A stretch of 64,000 nt of DNA, taken from an uncultured Spirochaetota bacterium (GTDB taxonomy: Bacteria > Spirochaetota > B62-G9 > DRHN01). The position numbers and the translations under genes are program-made. Every line of letters starts with the position of its first letter. Positions within the stretch are counted from its first letter, which is position 1. A model generated the notes under the pieces. That model was not told the origin of the DNA. It made no database searches and saw only the letters and a list, made by a program, of their open reading frames with translations. This document shows positions 48,354 to 58,778 of the stretch, in pieces. Location of the stretch: contig CAZOWM010000010.1 in assembly GCA_964583615.1 (NCBI GenBank), positions 11,480-75,479 on the forward strand. The letters are read 5' to 3'.

Positions 48354-49132
48354 GAAGTGCCGGCATATCAACACGGTTTCTGAGAGTGTGGCAGAGGAAC
48401 ATGACGGTCTACAAAAAGGTGTGGAAGATAAACTTCCTCCCTCCCATCCTCGAGCCGCTGTTCTACCTTTTCGCATTTGGGGCAGGGCTCGGCGCGCTTG
48501 TGGGGAGCATCGTCTATGAGGGAAACGCCGTCTCCTACATCGGCTATATCGCACCGGCGTTGATTGCAGTCAACATGATGTACAACTCCTTTTTCGAAAA
48601 CACCTACGCCTCCTTTGTCCGGATGTACTACCAGAAGACCTTTGATGCAATGCTCGCAACACCGCTTTCCTTGGAGGAGATCATCACAGGAGAGATAGTG
48701 TGGGGCGCAACAAAATCTTCCATCGCAACGGCTATAATGCTCATTGTGATCAGTTTTTTCGGAATCATCCATTTGCCGCACGCATTGCTTTTACTTCCTC
48801 TTGCGTTTGTCGGAGGGATGGCATTCAGTTCGGTAGGGATGTTTTTTACGGCGATCATGCCGAGCATCGACTCCTTCAACCTCCCGATTTTTCTCTTCAT
48901 TACCCCGATGTTTTTGTTCAGCGGCACTTTTTTCCCGCTCGAAAACCTCCCCCTCTGGGCGCAGAAAGCAGCATTTGTGTTCCCCCTCACCCATCTCGTG
49001 AAAATGTGCAGGGCGCTCGGGCTGGGCCATATGAACGCGCCGCTTCTGTACAATCTGCTCTACCTTGTTTTGTTCTCCGGTGTATTTTTCCCCATTGCAC
49101 TCTATGGGATGAAGAAGCGTTTGATAAAGTAG
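48350..49132 (+). CDS. ABC-2 exporter permease (NodJ-like)
   Basis: EPLFYL.AFG.GLG, YYQKTFDAMLATPL, PMFLFSGTFFP. ATGA overlap with the ATPase gene. Confidence 0.9.
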   Translation: MRSAGISTRFLRVWQRNMTVYKKVWKINFLPPILEPLFYLFAFGAGLGALVGSIVYEGNAVSYIGYIAPALIAVNMMYNSFFENTYASFVRMYYQKTFDAMLATPLSLEEIITGEIVWGATKSSIATAIMLIVISFFGIIHLPHALLLLPLAFVGGMAFSSVGMFFTAIMPSIDSFNLPIFLFITPMFLFSGTFFPLENLPLWAQKAAFVFPLTHLVKMCRALGLGHMNAPLLYNLLYLVLFSGVFFPIALYGMKKRLIK

Positions 49133-49158
49133 TTTTCTGCTCTCCAGGAACTGAGTCT

Positions 49159-50094
49159 TCAGATTCCCGAACCTTGCTCAAACTTTTCATGCTTGGCGGT
49201 TCTCTGCGAGATTATGCTTCCTTCGGGCACGTCGCGTGTAATCCAAACGTTTCCCCCGATCACTGAGCCTCTGCCGATTTTGATGTTTCCGAGAATGGTG
49301 GCGCCGGAATAGATGATGACGTCGTCCCCGACGACCGGATGCCTGTCAATGCCCTTCACCGGGTTGCCGTGAATATCGAGAGGGAAACTCTTTGCGCCGA
49401 GTGTTACACCCTGGTAGATTCTCACCCTGTTCCCTATAACACAGGTCTCTCCGATTACCACACCCGTTCCGTGGTCTATGAAGAAATAATCACCGATTCG
49501 GGCGCCCGGGTGGATGTCGATGCCGGTCATGCTGTGGGCCTGCTCCGTGATGATCCGCGGGATGATCGGCACTTTCAGCTCGTGAAGCAGATGCGCAATA
49601 CGGTAATAGGTTATGGCGTGAACTCCGGGATAGCAGAAGAGCACCTCATCTCTGCTCGTTGCCGCGGGATCCCCCTCGTATGCAGCCTGGATGTCCCAGG
49701 CAAGCCTGCTCTGAACCTGAGGGAGGGCGCTCAGGAACCCGAGGGTGATCTTTTTCGCCCTTTCTTCACACTCGGGACACCCGATGCCGAAGTGACCGCA
49801 TTCGAAGCAAAACCCCCTTCTGACCTGCTCACGAAGTTCCCTGTGGATTTGGTCGAGTGACGCACCAACATGGTAGCGAATGCTTTGCGCACTCAGCTCG
49901 GAATTCCCGAAATACCCGGGAAACAAGACGAGCCGGACTTTCTCCATGATGTCCACGATTGTATTCCGGGAGGGGAGGTGCCGATGTGTTGTGCTGAGCT
50001 TCTTCAGCAGATCAGGACCAAACTCCGGAGCACAGAGTTTTTCGACAACAGAGGAGAAGTCAAAATCTGTATTTTTTATGAGTGAAGATTCCAT
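49159..50094 (-). CDS. cysE: Serine O-acetyltransferase (long CysE/EpsC type)
   Basis: GDPAA, CYPG, TGIDIHPGA, FIDHGTGVVIGET, YQGVTLGA, RHP. AAGGAG SD before ATG 50094. Confidence 0.92.
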   Translation of the reverse strand: MESSLIKNTDFDFSSVVEKLCAPEFGPDLLKKLSTTHRHLPSRNTIVDIMEKVRLVLFPGYFGNSELSAQSIRYHVGASLDQIHRELREQVRRGFCFECGHFGIGCPECEERAKKITLGFLSALPQVQSRLAWDIQAAYEGDPAATSRDEVLFCYPGVHAITYYRIAHLLHELKVPIIPRIITEQAHSMTGIDIHPGARIGDYFFIDHGTGVVIGETCVIGNRVRIYQGVTLGAKSFPLDIHGNPVKGIDRHPVVGDDVIIYSGATILGNIKIGRGSVIGGNVWITRDVPEGSIISQRTAKHEKFEQGSGI

Positions 50095-50132
50095 TGCTGA
50101 ACGCTCCTTTTCGTAAACAATAACTGCATTAA

Positions 50133-50160
50133 TTGACATGGGGAGAATTTTTTTTATTAT
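50133..50160 (+). promoter_or_regulatory. Sigma-70 promoter for the metY-metX operon
   Basis: TTGACA, 16-nt spacer, TATTAT. Confidence 0.6.
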
Positions 50161-50167
50161 ATTCAAG

Positions 50168-50189
50168 TACTAATATTATAATAATAGTA
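50168..50189. promoter_or_regulatory. AT-rich palindromic operator candidate
   Basis: TACTAATATT-AT-AATAATAGTA, 9 of 10 positions inverted-complementary, just downstream of the -10 box between divergent cysE and metY. Confidence 0.5.
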
Positions 50190-50233
50190 TTGGTTTGTAA
50201 AGGAAAAATACACTATCTGAATGAGGGTTTGCC

Positions 50234-50780
<547 letters not shown>

Positions 50781-50815
50781 TTCCCAGCAGGACAGGGAAA
50801 AAACGGGGCATACAA

Positions 50816-51928
50816 ATGTCAGAAAATGTGCCTGGGAGCAGCGACAGCGGACGTTCCGCCAAACCACTCACGTACGCGAAGTATGTTACTTTCCCCGAAC
50901 CTCTTCACCTGCAGCTCGGAGTAACCCTCGAGAATGTGACAGTGTGCTTCGAAACCTACGGGAACCTCGACCCCGATGGCGGCAATGCAGTGTTGATTTG
51001 TCATGCATTGAGCGGAGATTCTCACGTAGCTCGCCACGATCGAAACGATGACCCCGGGTGGTGGGATATTGTCGTGGGCCCCAAAAAACCGATCGATACG
51101 GAACAATTGTATGTCATCTGCCCCAACGTGCTTGGAGGGTGCCGGGGAACGACAGGTCCGAATACAATAAATCCTCAGACCGGCAGGAGGTACGGGCGCG
51201 AAATCCCGACGATTACGATCGGGGACATCGTGGCGGTTCAGAAACGGCTGGTTGATCACCTCGGGATCGGAAAACTGCGCGCTGTTGTGGGAGGCTCTCT
51301 GGGAGGACAGCAGGTGCTCTACTGGGCTCACAGGTATCCGGACAGATCCTGCGGATATGTACCCATCGCCACCGCGTCAAGTCTGCCGAGCCAGAGCCTT
51401 GCGTTCGATATCGTCGGCAGGAACGCAATCCTTCACGACCACAATTACCACAAGGGCCGGTATTACGGAAAAAAAAAGGGACCAGACAAGGGACTGGCCA
51501 TTGCGCGGATGATCGGCCATATAACCTATCTTTCCAGGGAGTCGATGCGGATAAAATTCGACGCCGACAGAAATCACCCAAGAGATATTCCAACGGAGTT
51601 CGAAAAACGGTTTTCCGTTGGTTCCTATCTCGGTTACCAGGGGGATCGATTTGTGGAGCGGTTTGACGCGAACAGTTATCTCGCCCTTTCTCTAGCTATG
51701 GATCTCTTCGATTTGGGACGTTCGCCGGAAAGCAATGGTATTCTGCGCTACAAATGGTACGACACACCGAACATACGCTTTTTTTCCATCGATGATTTCG
51801 AAGACTTCTGTACAGAGCTGGACATCCATATTCACAAAAAGATTGCCATCGACACGGAAGCAGGCACAGAGGTATTTGAGGACCAGAACAGGAATGCGGA
51901 TTTGGCGATCTTTGTTCTCAGCCGGTAA
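50816..51928 (+). pseudogene. metX: Homoserine O-acetyltransferase N-terminal part fused in frame to a MetW-like C-terminal tail (internal deletion)
   Basis: HALSGDSH, GGSLGG nucleophile, ARMIGHITY and RFDANSY are present. After DLFDLGRSPE the sequence switches to YKWYDTPNIRFFSI.DFE.FC...ADLAIFVL (MetW tail). MetX catalytic Asp/His region is missing. Confidence 0.8.
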
Positions 51929-51943
51929 GAATTTTTATACCTG

Positions 51944-54900
51944 TCACAGGACCCTGATGATCTCCTTGATCCCGTAGGCATCCTCGATGTATTCCCGTGC
52001 TGAGCTGTCCCAGTAATATACGGACCTCTCGGCTTTTCGGCGTGCCCTCTGGATCGTTTCATCGTCAGATGCCTCAAAAAAGACGGCGCACCTCTGCATT
52101 GCGTCGTAAAACGAGCCTGCAGTGTAGTCGGCGAAGAGGAACCCGTTTCCATCGATTCTCTTTCCTCTTACCACGATCGGGTGAACCGTGTCGCGAAGCC
52201 CGCCCGTCGCACGCGCCACCACGAGACAGCCGCATGCAAAGGCCTCGAGCTGAGAGATGCCGCCTGGTTCGTACAAGGACGGCATGAGAAATATGTCGGA
52301 ACCCAACAAAGCCTCCGCCACATCGACAAACCCAATGCTTACGGATACGCTCTCGGGATAGTAGTTCGACAGTTTGATGAGCCCGCCTGCGATCTCTTCC
52401 CCTCTTTGATCTCCCGATGGCAGCGGTCCTCCTATGATCCCCTGACACTTCAAGGTTTTGAAAATTCCCTGCGATGCTTCAAGGAGAAGCTGAAATCCTT
52501 TCTGATCAACGATCCGATGGATCATCGAGAACAGCACGCGATCTGGATCAATCGTAAAGTTGTGTTTCGTTTGAAGAAGGAGCTTGTTCCGCATCCGTGT
52601 GACGAGCTCTCTGCGTGTTTTCTGCTTGATCGTGGTGCAAAAATCAGGGCTTTTCAGGATTTCCGGGAAGCGGGACTCGATTTTATTTTGCAGGGATTCG
52701 TTTTTTCTGATTTCTTTAATGAGAAGCGGATAAAAGGTTTTGACGAATCCCGAATCCCTAAGACGTTTTTTTACCCTTCCGACGAAGTCCCTACCTATGG
52801 CGTTGTTGATTCCCTTCACGTTGAACAGGATTGTTTCGAGGCCGTCGCTCGCAATCTCGATCTGTTTTGCGTAAGAAGGGCTTACCGTGATGATGCGGTC
52901 CGCCAGCCGTATTCCTGCCGCCATGCAGTTTATCCGTGTATTGAACACCGGATCGGTGAACTCATCGGCCAGGTGGGAGGGAAGATTGAAGAGCGTGAAG
53001 TGATCGAACCCTCTTTCAAAACGGTTGTAGGAGTCGAAATACTGCCACCCGACATTGTGAAGAATGTGCACAAATGAAGTCCTGCGGAAGTTGTCATTTC
53101 TTGAGTAAAACGGATCTCCTCTTACGATTCCGTTGAAAATCCCTGCGAAAGCATCGTTCGTGAAGGTAAACAGCGGATGCAGCCCGAAGGTGGTGATCAC
53201 CTCTGCGCAGGCACGTGAAAAGGCGATCCTGCGTCTCAGCTTCTCTTCCGCAGTGTATCCCCAGTAAAGCCCGTCAAAGAACTCATGATGGTCAACAAGG
53301 TAATAGGTCACTCCGTCGACAATCCCGCTGTGAACGCCCACCTCGTATTCGGAGTCCATGATTTTGAACCTGACATTGATCCCGGTGTAGGAGATCCTGT
53401 ACCTCTTTACCGCGGACCTGAGCTTGTCAATCTGTTGCCTTTCACCGTGCCGGTACAGAGGTGTGATCACATACACCTCTTCTCCCATTGCCACGAGCTC
53501 ACGCGGGAGCTCGTACACCACGTTGGCGAGTCCCCCAATTTTCGAAAACGGTTCCGCTTCAGCGGAAATGAATACAAGCGATCCCCTCCTGTTGTGCTCT
53601 TTGAGGCTGATTCCGAGCTCTCGAATGTGTTCATTAGAGCTTTTCGCACATTTGTCGATAAAGCCGAGAAGATCTGTGCCTGATTTGATCCTGTTGTGAA
53701 ACAGGTAATAGAAAGTGCGCATGAGTCCCAGTTCGAGAAAGTGTCTCTGCCCGTTCCAGAAGAGCGGAATGAGATGTTCTTCAATAAATCCGTGGAATGA
53801 ATCGAATGTGCCGGCATGTTCTGCGAACTGCAGAAACGCGAAATTACTGGGAAAATGAGCAATCTTTTCGATAGAGCAGAGCCTGAGAAATGAATCTCTG
53901 AGAAAATCCCTGTACAGAGGTCCGGGCTCTGTTACCAGGAACATATTCAGGATCTTTACCCTGTCGGTGTACGATACTACCGTCTGCAGTTTCGAGACCC
54001 GAAGCTCTCTGCCGGTATAATAGCTTTTTTTCCCCGTTACATGAGAATAAATCGGATCTTCTATGCTGTAGTGGGTGTTGTCTTCGAGCGGAAGACGCGG
54101 GTTGTCGAATTGGAGCAGTACGGACTGGTTGGTCTCCGAAAAATTGAACGCGCCGATGATAAACTTTTTTTTAGTGCACTTCATCGCTCCTGCGACGAGA
54201 GTGTTGTTCGTCCACAGCAGATATCCTTTCCCGGTGTTTTCCCTGTGGAACGCGTAGAGCCATGTGTAAAACCGCTCGATCGCCCTGGTTGAGGCTGTTT
54301 CGAACTGGTTCCAGTTTACATAGATGTTATCGAGAAAGACTTTCCATCCCTCTCCCTCCGCGCTTCCCTCATAATCCATCAGCATGTTGCTCATGAATGA
54401 AGTGAGCGTAGTTGCGGCCTTCAGCCCCTGCAGCCCGAAGGTGTTCACTGCACGCCGCTCATCGTGATTTCCGAGTATGCCGAGAAGCTCTGTGCCGGGT
54501 GGCAGCGCAGACGGATAGTATGTGTCGTACAGGTGGTACACCTCCCTTACATCCACCTTTCCGTGAATAATGTTTTCACAGATCTTGAAAAGCGCGGAGT
54601 TGTAAGGAATAAAACCTGACCGGGTCAAAACCCTCTCTCTCCCCCAGTAACATTCTGCAATGTTGATAAAGAACGTCTTTCCCATCTCCTTCAGCTTGCG
54701 TTCAATCGCGAGTGTGAGATAGTAGTGAAAAGGGCTTGCGATGATATCCCTGCATGCGGAATCGTAATACCCGGTGGTGACGAAGTGATCGTCTTCTCTG
54801 TCGTTGACGATGATGGTCCCCTCCACCATGTCCTCGTGGGTTCGCTTCTTTCCATACACGTGAGGATAGTTGTTTTTCTTCATCATTATGGGGACTGCGT

Positions 54901-56800
54901 GCGCGGAGTCGAACCGTATTCCGTCTATGTCGTATTTCTCAATCATTGTGACGATGGAGCGCGCGATGAACTCCCACACCTCGAATTTTCGGTAATTGAG
55001 CAGCTTTCCGTCGTTCCAGCTGCTGTATCGGCCGTCTGTTGCAGCGCGCACAACAAGCTCGCCCGCATCGTTGTAGCAACGTACATCGAACTGATCCGGA
55101 AGGGCAAGACTCCTGCGGTTTATATGTGGAACAATGTCCACGATAATTTTTATACCGAGAGCGTGCGCTTTCTGCACGAGATCTATGAACTCTTCTTCAC
55201 CGCCAAGAGAAGGCTCTATGACCGTGAGATCCATGGGGGAGAAAGGTGAGGGTGAGGTCGCTTCAGGGGCCCAATCCTCCCTGTTGCTTCCCCTTTTCTG
55301 CACTCCAAGTAGATAGAGTGCGGTGACAAAGTAACGTTTCTTCAGGTCCTCCAGATGTGCGGCAATATCCGAAAAATTCCCCAGGCGGATCACCTCACCG
55401 TTTTCGTTGTACACGAGGCCGGGGTGTTCAGGGTCATCCCAGTACACCCGGGTGTGGCCGTGTATGTCTGGAAAAATCTCGAGTATGATTTCTCCTCTCA
55501 TGTCGGGGATTACATTGACTCTTCCGCTGAAACCGCTCTCGTGAATCCACGAACTTTTATTTTTCAACTTCTTGAATACCACATACTCGTATGCCCCGAG
55601 GGTGTTGAATGACTTTTCTGCCCTGTAGCGGCCTGATTCAGTATCGAAACAGAGGGTGATGTCGACATATTCGAGGTCCACCTCATGAGTGAGCTCGTGT
55701 TTCGAGCTGTATTCATAAAAACGGATGAAATACCCCGTCTTTCGTTTCGGGAGATCAAATGTAAAAATGTGAGAGCTCCCTTTACGCACGGTAATGAAGC
55801 GGGTGGCGAGGGGAACGTCAAACTCCTTTGGTGAAAACAGCCGCTCGAGAATGATGTTCGCCTGGTTTCGCACTTCGTGAATGTCGTGCCCGGATGCCGC
55901 AACGAGAAGGCGGACGATCTCGTAGATGGAGGCGAGGTCATATCCCTTTTTGTATCTCCGCGCGAGCTGTGCGAGGAGCGAGACCGCCTTCATATTTTTG
56001 TCGTAATCGAATGCCATTTCGTCTTCGGGCCGGCGCGCGTCCAGAAACTGGAGGATCGACTGACGCTGCTGTACACTGAGGCCTTTTATCTTCCTCACAG
56101 CGGGAATTTCCCTGTATCTTACTTCCCTGATCTGTGCCGCGCTGATGATCGCAAAAACGAGTGTCTCGAGCCTCCGTGAGGAATCTGGAGGGATAGGCTC
56201 GACATGGGAGTAACCGGTTTCGATCGCCCGCTCCTCCACCTCGAGAAGCGTCTTGAATGCTTCGTAAAAAGCGGAAAGCCCCCGATCTTTCTCGTGAGCG
56301 AGAATGTCAAAAAGATAAAGTCCGAGGTAGATCGTCGGCACTTCTGACCACCGCGGCCCCTGACCGACGTGGGTGAGCACGAAGCATTCGTCCGACTCAT
56401 AATAAAGTGATGGAATACCAGGACGTTCCTTGATAAGAACAAACCGACGTCCGATCAGGCGTTCGTTCCCGATTTCTGCAAGCGCCTGATGGAGCGTCAG
56501 CACCGCATGCATGATGCGCGAAGAAAGACGGGTATTGCCGAGAAGGTTTTTCTTTACGGTGAAGTTGTACAGCGCGGCATTGTCGAATATCTGGTTTTTG
56601 ATCTGTACGAGGTCTGACAGCAAATACTGAGGGGAGGTGCCGTTTTTAACCCGGTTGACAATATCGTTGTCAGGATAAAGTGGGAAACATCGAAACTCCG
56701 AGAAAGCGGTGACGATTTCCTGTTTGATCGCATCCTGCACACCATCAGGTGGTTCGCTTTTCCGGTATGATCCGAAGTTGGAGAGAAAAGTAAGTTTCAT
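51944..56800 (-). CDS. 1618-aa GH13 alpha-amylase-family / GT5 glycogen synthase fusion
   Basis: GH13 regions DIVPH, RFDSAH, AECYW, NHD. GT5 motifs AEPFSKIGGLANV, HRIVDQKG, PSLYEPGGISQLE, TGGLRDTV. AGGAGA SD. Confidence 0.88.
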   Translation of the reverse strand: MKLTFLSNFGSYRKSEPPDGVQDAIKQEIVTAFSEFRCFPLYPDNDIVNRVKNGTSPQYLLSDLVQIKNQIFDNAALYNFTVKKNLLGNTRLSSRIMHAVLTLHQALAEIGNERLIGRRFVLIKERPGIPSLYYESDECFVLTHVGQGPRWSEVPTIYLGLYLFDILAHEKDRGLSAFYEAFKTLLEVEERAIETGYSHVEPIPPDSSRRLETLVFAIISAAQIREVRYREIPAVRKIKGLSVQQRQSILQFLDARRPEDEMAFDYDKNMKAVSLLAQLARRYKKGYDLASIYEIVRLLVAASGHDIHEVRNQANIILERLFSPKEFDVPLATRFITVRKGSSHIFTFDLPKRKTGYFIRFYEYSSKHELTHEVDLEYVDITLCFDTESGRYRAEKSFNTLGAYEYVVFKKLKNKSSWIHESGFSGRVNVIPDMRGEIILEIFPDIHGHTRVYWDDPEHPGLVYNENGEVIRLGNFSDIAAHLEDLKKRYFVTALYLLGVQKRGSNREDWAPEATSPSPFSPMDLTVIEPSLGGEEEFIDLVQKAHALGIKIIVDIVPHINRRSLALPDQFDVRCYNDAGELVVRAATDGRYSSWNDGKLLNYRKFEVWEFIARSIVTMIEKYDIDGIRFDSAHAVPIMMKKNNYPHVYGKKRTHEDMVEGTIIVNDREDDHFVTTGYYDSACRDIIASPFHYYLTLAIERKLKEMGKTFFINIAECYWGRERVLTRSGFIPYNSALFKICENIIHGKVDVREVYHLYDTYYPSALPPGTELLGILGNHDERRAVNTFGLQGLKAATTLTSFMSNMLMDYEGSAEGEGWKVFLDNIYVNWNQFETASTRAIERFYTWLYAFHRENTGKGYLLWTNNTLVAGAMKCTKKKFIIGAFNFSETNQSVLLQFDNPRLPLEDNTHYSIEDPIYSHVTGKKSYYTGRELRVSKLQTVVSYTDRVKILNMFLVTEPGPLYRDFLRDSFLRLCSIEKIAHFPSNFAFLQFAEHAGTFDSFHGFIEEHLIPLFWNGQRHFLELGLMRTFYYLFHNRIKSGTDLLGFIDKCAKSSNEHIRELGISLKEHNRRGSLVFISAEAEPFSKIGGLANVVYELPRELVAMGEEVYVITPLYRHGERQQIDKLRSAVKRYRISYTGINVRFKIMDSEYEVGVHSGIVDGVTYYLVDHHEFFDGLYWGYTAEEKLRRRIAFSRACAEVITTFGLHPLFTFTNDAFAGIFNGIVRGDPFYSRNDNFRRTSFVHILHNVGWQYFDSYNRFERGFDHFTLFNLPSHLADEFTDPVFNTRINCMAAGIRLADRIITVSPSYAKQIEIASDGLETILFNVKGINNAIGRDFVGRVKKRLRDSGFVKTFYPLLIKEIRKNESLQNKIESRFPEILKSPDFCTTIKQKTRRELVTRMRNKLLLQTKHNFTIDPDRVLFSMIHRIVDQKGFQLLLEASQGIFKTLKCQGIIGGPLPSGDQRGEEIAGGLIKLSNYYPESVSVSIGFVDVAEALLGSDIFLMPSLYEPGGISQLEAFACGCLVVARATGGLRDTVHPIVVRGKRIDGNGFLFADYTAGSFYDAMQRCAVFFEASDDETIQRARRKAERSVYYWDSSAREYIEDAYGIKEIIRVL

Positions 56801-56929
56801 CCGTTCTCCTGTTTTCTTCTCTGTCAGGATGCGACTGAAAGCGCCAGTCCCGGCAGGATGTCACTCTCCCTCGCAGTGATTTTTTCTGAAAAGGTCTTCT
56901 CGGGCTGCCGCCGGTACGGAACTTACCTT

Positions 56930-58657
56930 TTACAGCTTTGAAAAATCAATCGTCCCTGCAATATTCTCCCATCCGAGACATTCGAGATTTTCCTGTATTT
57001 CATCGAGCAGTCGAAGTCTCTCGGTATCATTTTTTGGAAGGATACTGAAAAACATTTCTGCATTTTTCTGAAGATGCTCTTTTTCCAGCTGAAATCTCTG
57101 ATCGGTCGAGATGTGAGAAAAGTCCTCTCTTTCGTACTGTTCATCGCTGATGAAATCGAAGACAGTGTAAGGCGATTTCGAGAGAGAACTGAGACATTTC
57201 TGTACAAATGAAGCGCACCCGCATGATGACGAGAGCGCTGCAATTCCTCCAAAGGGGAGCGTCTCCAGCTGAGCGATGCCGAATGGTTCGTATATCGAAA
57301 ACCCGAACTCCGCGTCGGAACCGATGCGAAGGTCGGAGAATTCGGCTTTTTCAGGTACTCTTTCCCCACAGGATCTCCGGTCGAATCCGAACTGGTTAAG
57401 AAATATCCCCTTGATGTTTCTGGAGCGCGCGTTGAACAGTGACAGGTACGCATATATGTCCTTTTCCGCGCCCACAAGATCAGGCCATCCCTCCCGGTGA
57501 ATGACCGGCCATCCGTACTCTCTTTCCATAACCGCTATTTCAGATGAATTTCTCCCCGTACCGATCAGCGTGGACAGCAGGATGTACCCCCCTTTGATCT
57601 TGTAGCGGTGAAATATTTCATCAAGAATGTAGAGAAACGTTATGTCTCTCCATACCCCCTTGCTCATGACGAGCCGCGTCACATGGGTAAATATAATATC
57701 CGGATCGAAGTTGAAGAGATTTCCGATATAGTTTCGTAGCTGTTCCCTGCTTCGAAGCTTTTCTTCGTGAGAAATGTAACGCAGCGGTATCCCATTATAC
57801 ACTACTTTCAGCTTATTTTCATCAACATCCGGTATGAGGTACCGGTATTCTTCCTTGATGATGTCGCTCACCGCGAATATGTAGTCAAACCCTTTGCTCC
57901 GCTTCACGAGTGCCGAACGGTAGCTTTTCTGGGCTCCGTATTCGTCTTCAAAAGACCTTCCTTTTCTCATATTTTTCCGCATGGTAGAGTAGAAAGCGAT
58001 ATCGTGGCCCGCAATGGTTTCAACCATGTTTCTGCAGGGCGAAATCTCATGCGCGTAGAGCACCGTCCTGTGAATCACTTTGCCCGTGTCCTCTAAAAGA
58101 AGCGAGAGGATCGAAGGGATACCCATGTACTCATGGGAAAAGTGGAACACCGTGCTCTGGTCCGGGTAGAGAAGGCGCAACAGCGCGGGATAGGGGATCG
58201 CGATTCGGAGGTACTGTTCGTAGTCCCAGTCAGAATACTGGTCGGATTCAATTCCGCACACTTCCCAGATCCTGTGCTTGAAAAGATTCACTTCTTTCGT
58301 GTTCATCCTGTTTATGCCTATGAGGAGTGTGTCAACGGTGTTTTTCTTGTTGATGTTGAATTCACTGACAAGAGTCCGCTTTCCGTACACGATATCGATG
58401 TGATACTTCGAAATGAGCTCCATGAAGATGTCGTGATAGTCTGCCGAGTCGTAGTTATCCAGGTTTGAGTACAGTACCTCTCCGCCCTTGCCGAGCCGTG
58501 AAAAAACGTCACCGCTGTATGAGAACAGCGGACCGAAGAGCAGGGTTTTTTCAAAGAATCCTTTGTAGCTGTCTGCGGTGCAGAGGCCGGTGATTACCGA
58601 CCCGATTCCGCCGATTTTCTGTACCGCTTCGTGGGTGATGTGTACTCCTATTTTCAA
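56930..58657 (-). CDS. Divergent glycogen-synthase-like GT-B glycosyltransferase (GT3/GT5-related)
   Basis: HEAVQKIGGIGSV, FHFSHEY, RL..SKG, YEPFGIAQLE (E-x7-E). Confidence 0.75.
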   Translation of the reverse strand: MKIGVHITHEAVQKIGGIGSVITGLCTADSYKGFFEKTLLFGPLFSYSGDVFSRLGKGGEVLYSNLDNYDSADYHDIFMELISKYHIDIVYGKRTLVSEFNINKKNTVDTLLIGINRMNTKEVNLFKHRIWEVCGIESDQYSDWDYEQYLRIAIPYPALLRLLYPDQSTVFHFSHEYMGIPSILSLLLEDTGKVIHRTVLYAHEISPCRNMVETIAGHDIAFYSTMRKNMRKGRSFEDEYGAQKSYRSALVKRSKGFDYIFAVSDIIKEEYRYLIPDVDENKLKVVYNGIPLRYISHEEKLRSREQLRNYIGNLFNFDPDIIFTHVTRLVMSKGVWRDITFLYILDEIFHRYKIKGGYILLSTLIGTGRNSSEIAVMEREYGWPVIHREGWPDLVGAEKDIYAYLSLFNARSRNIKGIFLNQFGFDRRSCGERVPEKAEFSDLRIGSDAEFGFSIYEPFGIAQLETLPFGGIAALSSSCGCASFVQKCLSSLSKSPYTVFDFISDEQYEREDFSHISTDQRFQLEKEHLQKNAEMFFSILPKNDTERLRLLDEIQENLECLGWENIAGTIDFSKL

Positions 58658-58778
58658 AACCGACTCCTCTGATGAGATCGCAACACGAAAGTACTGTAAA
58701 ATATAATGTGTGCACCTACTGTTATGTAGGGAAATTTCTCCTGATTAATATCCTTTTTGAATCGACCGATAAATAAAC

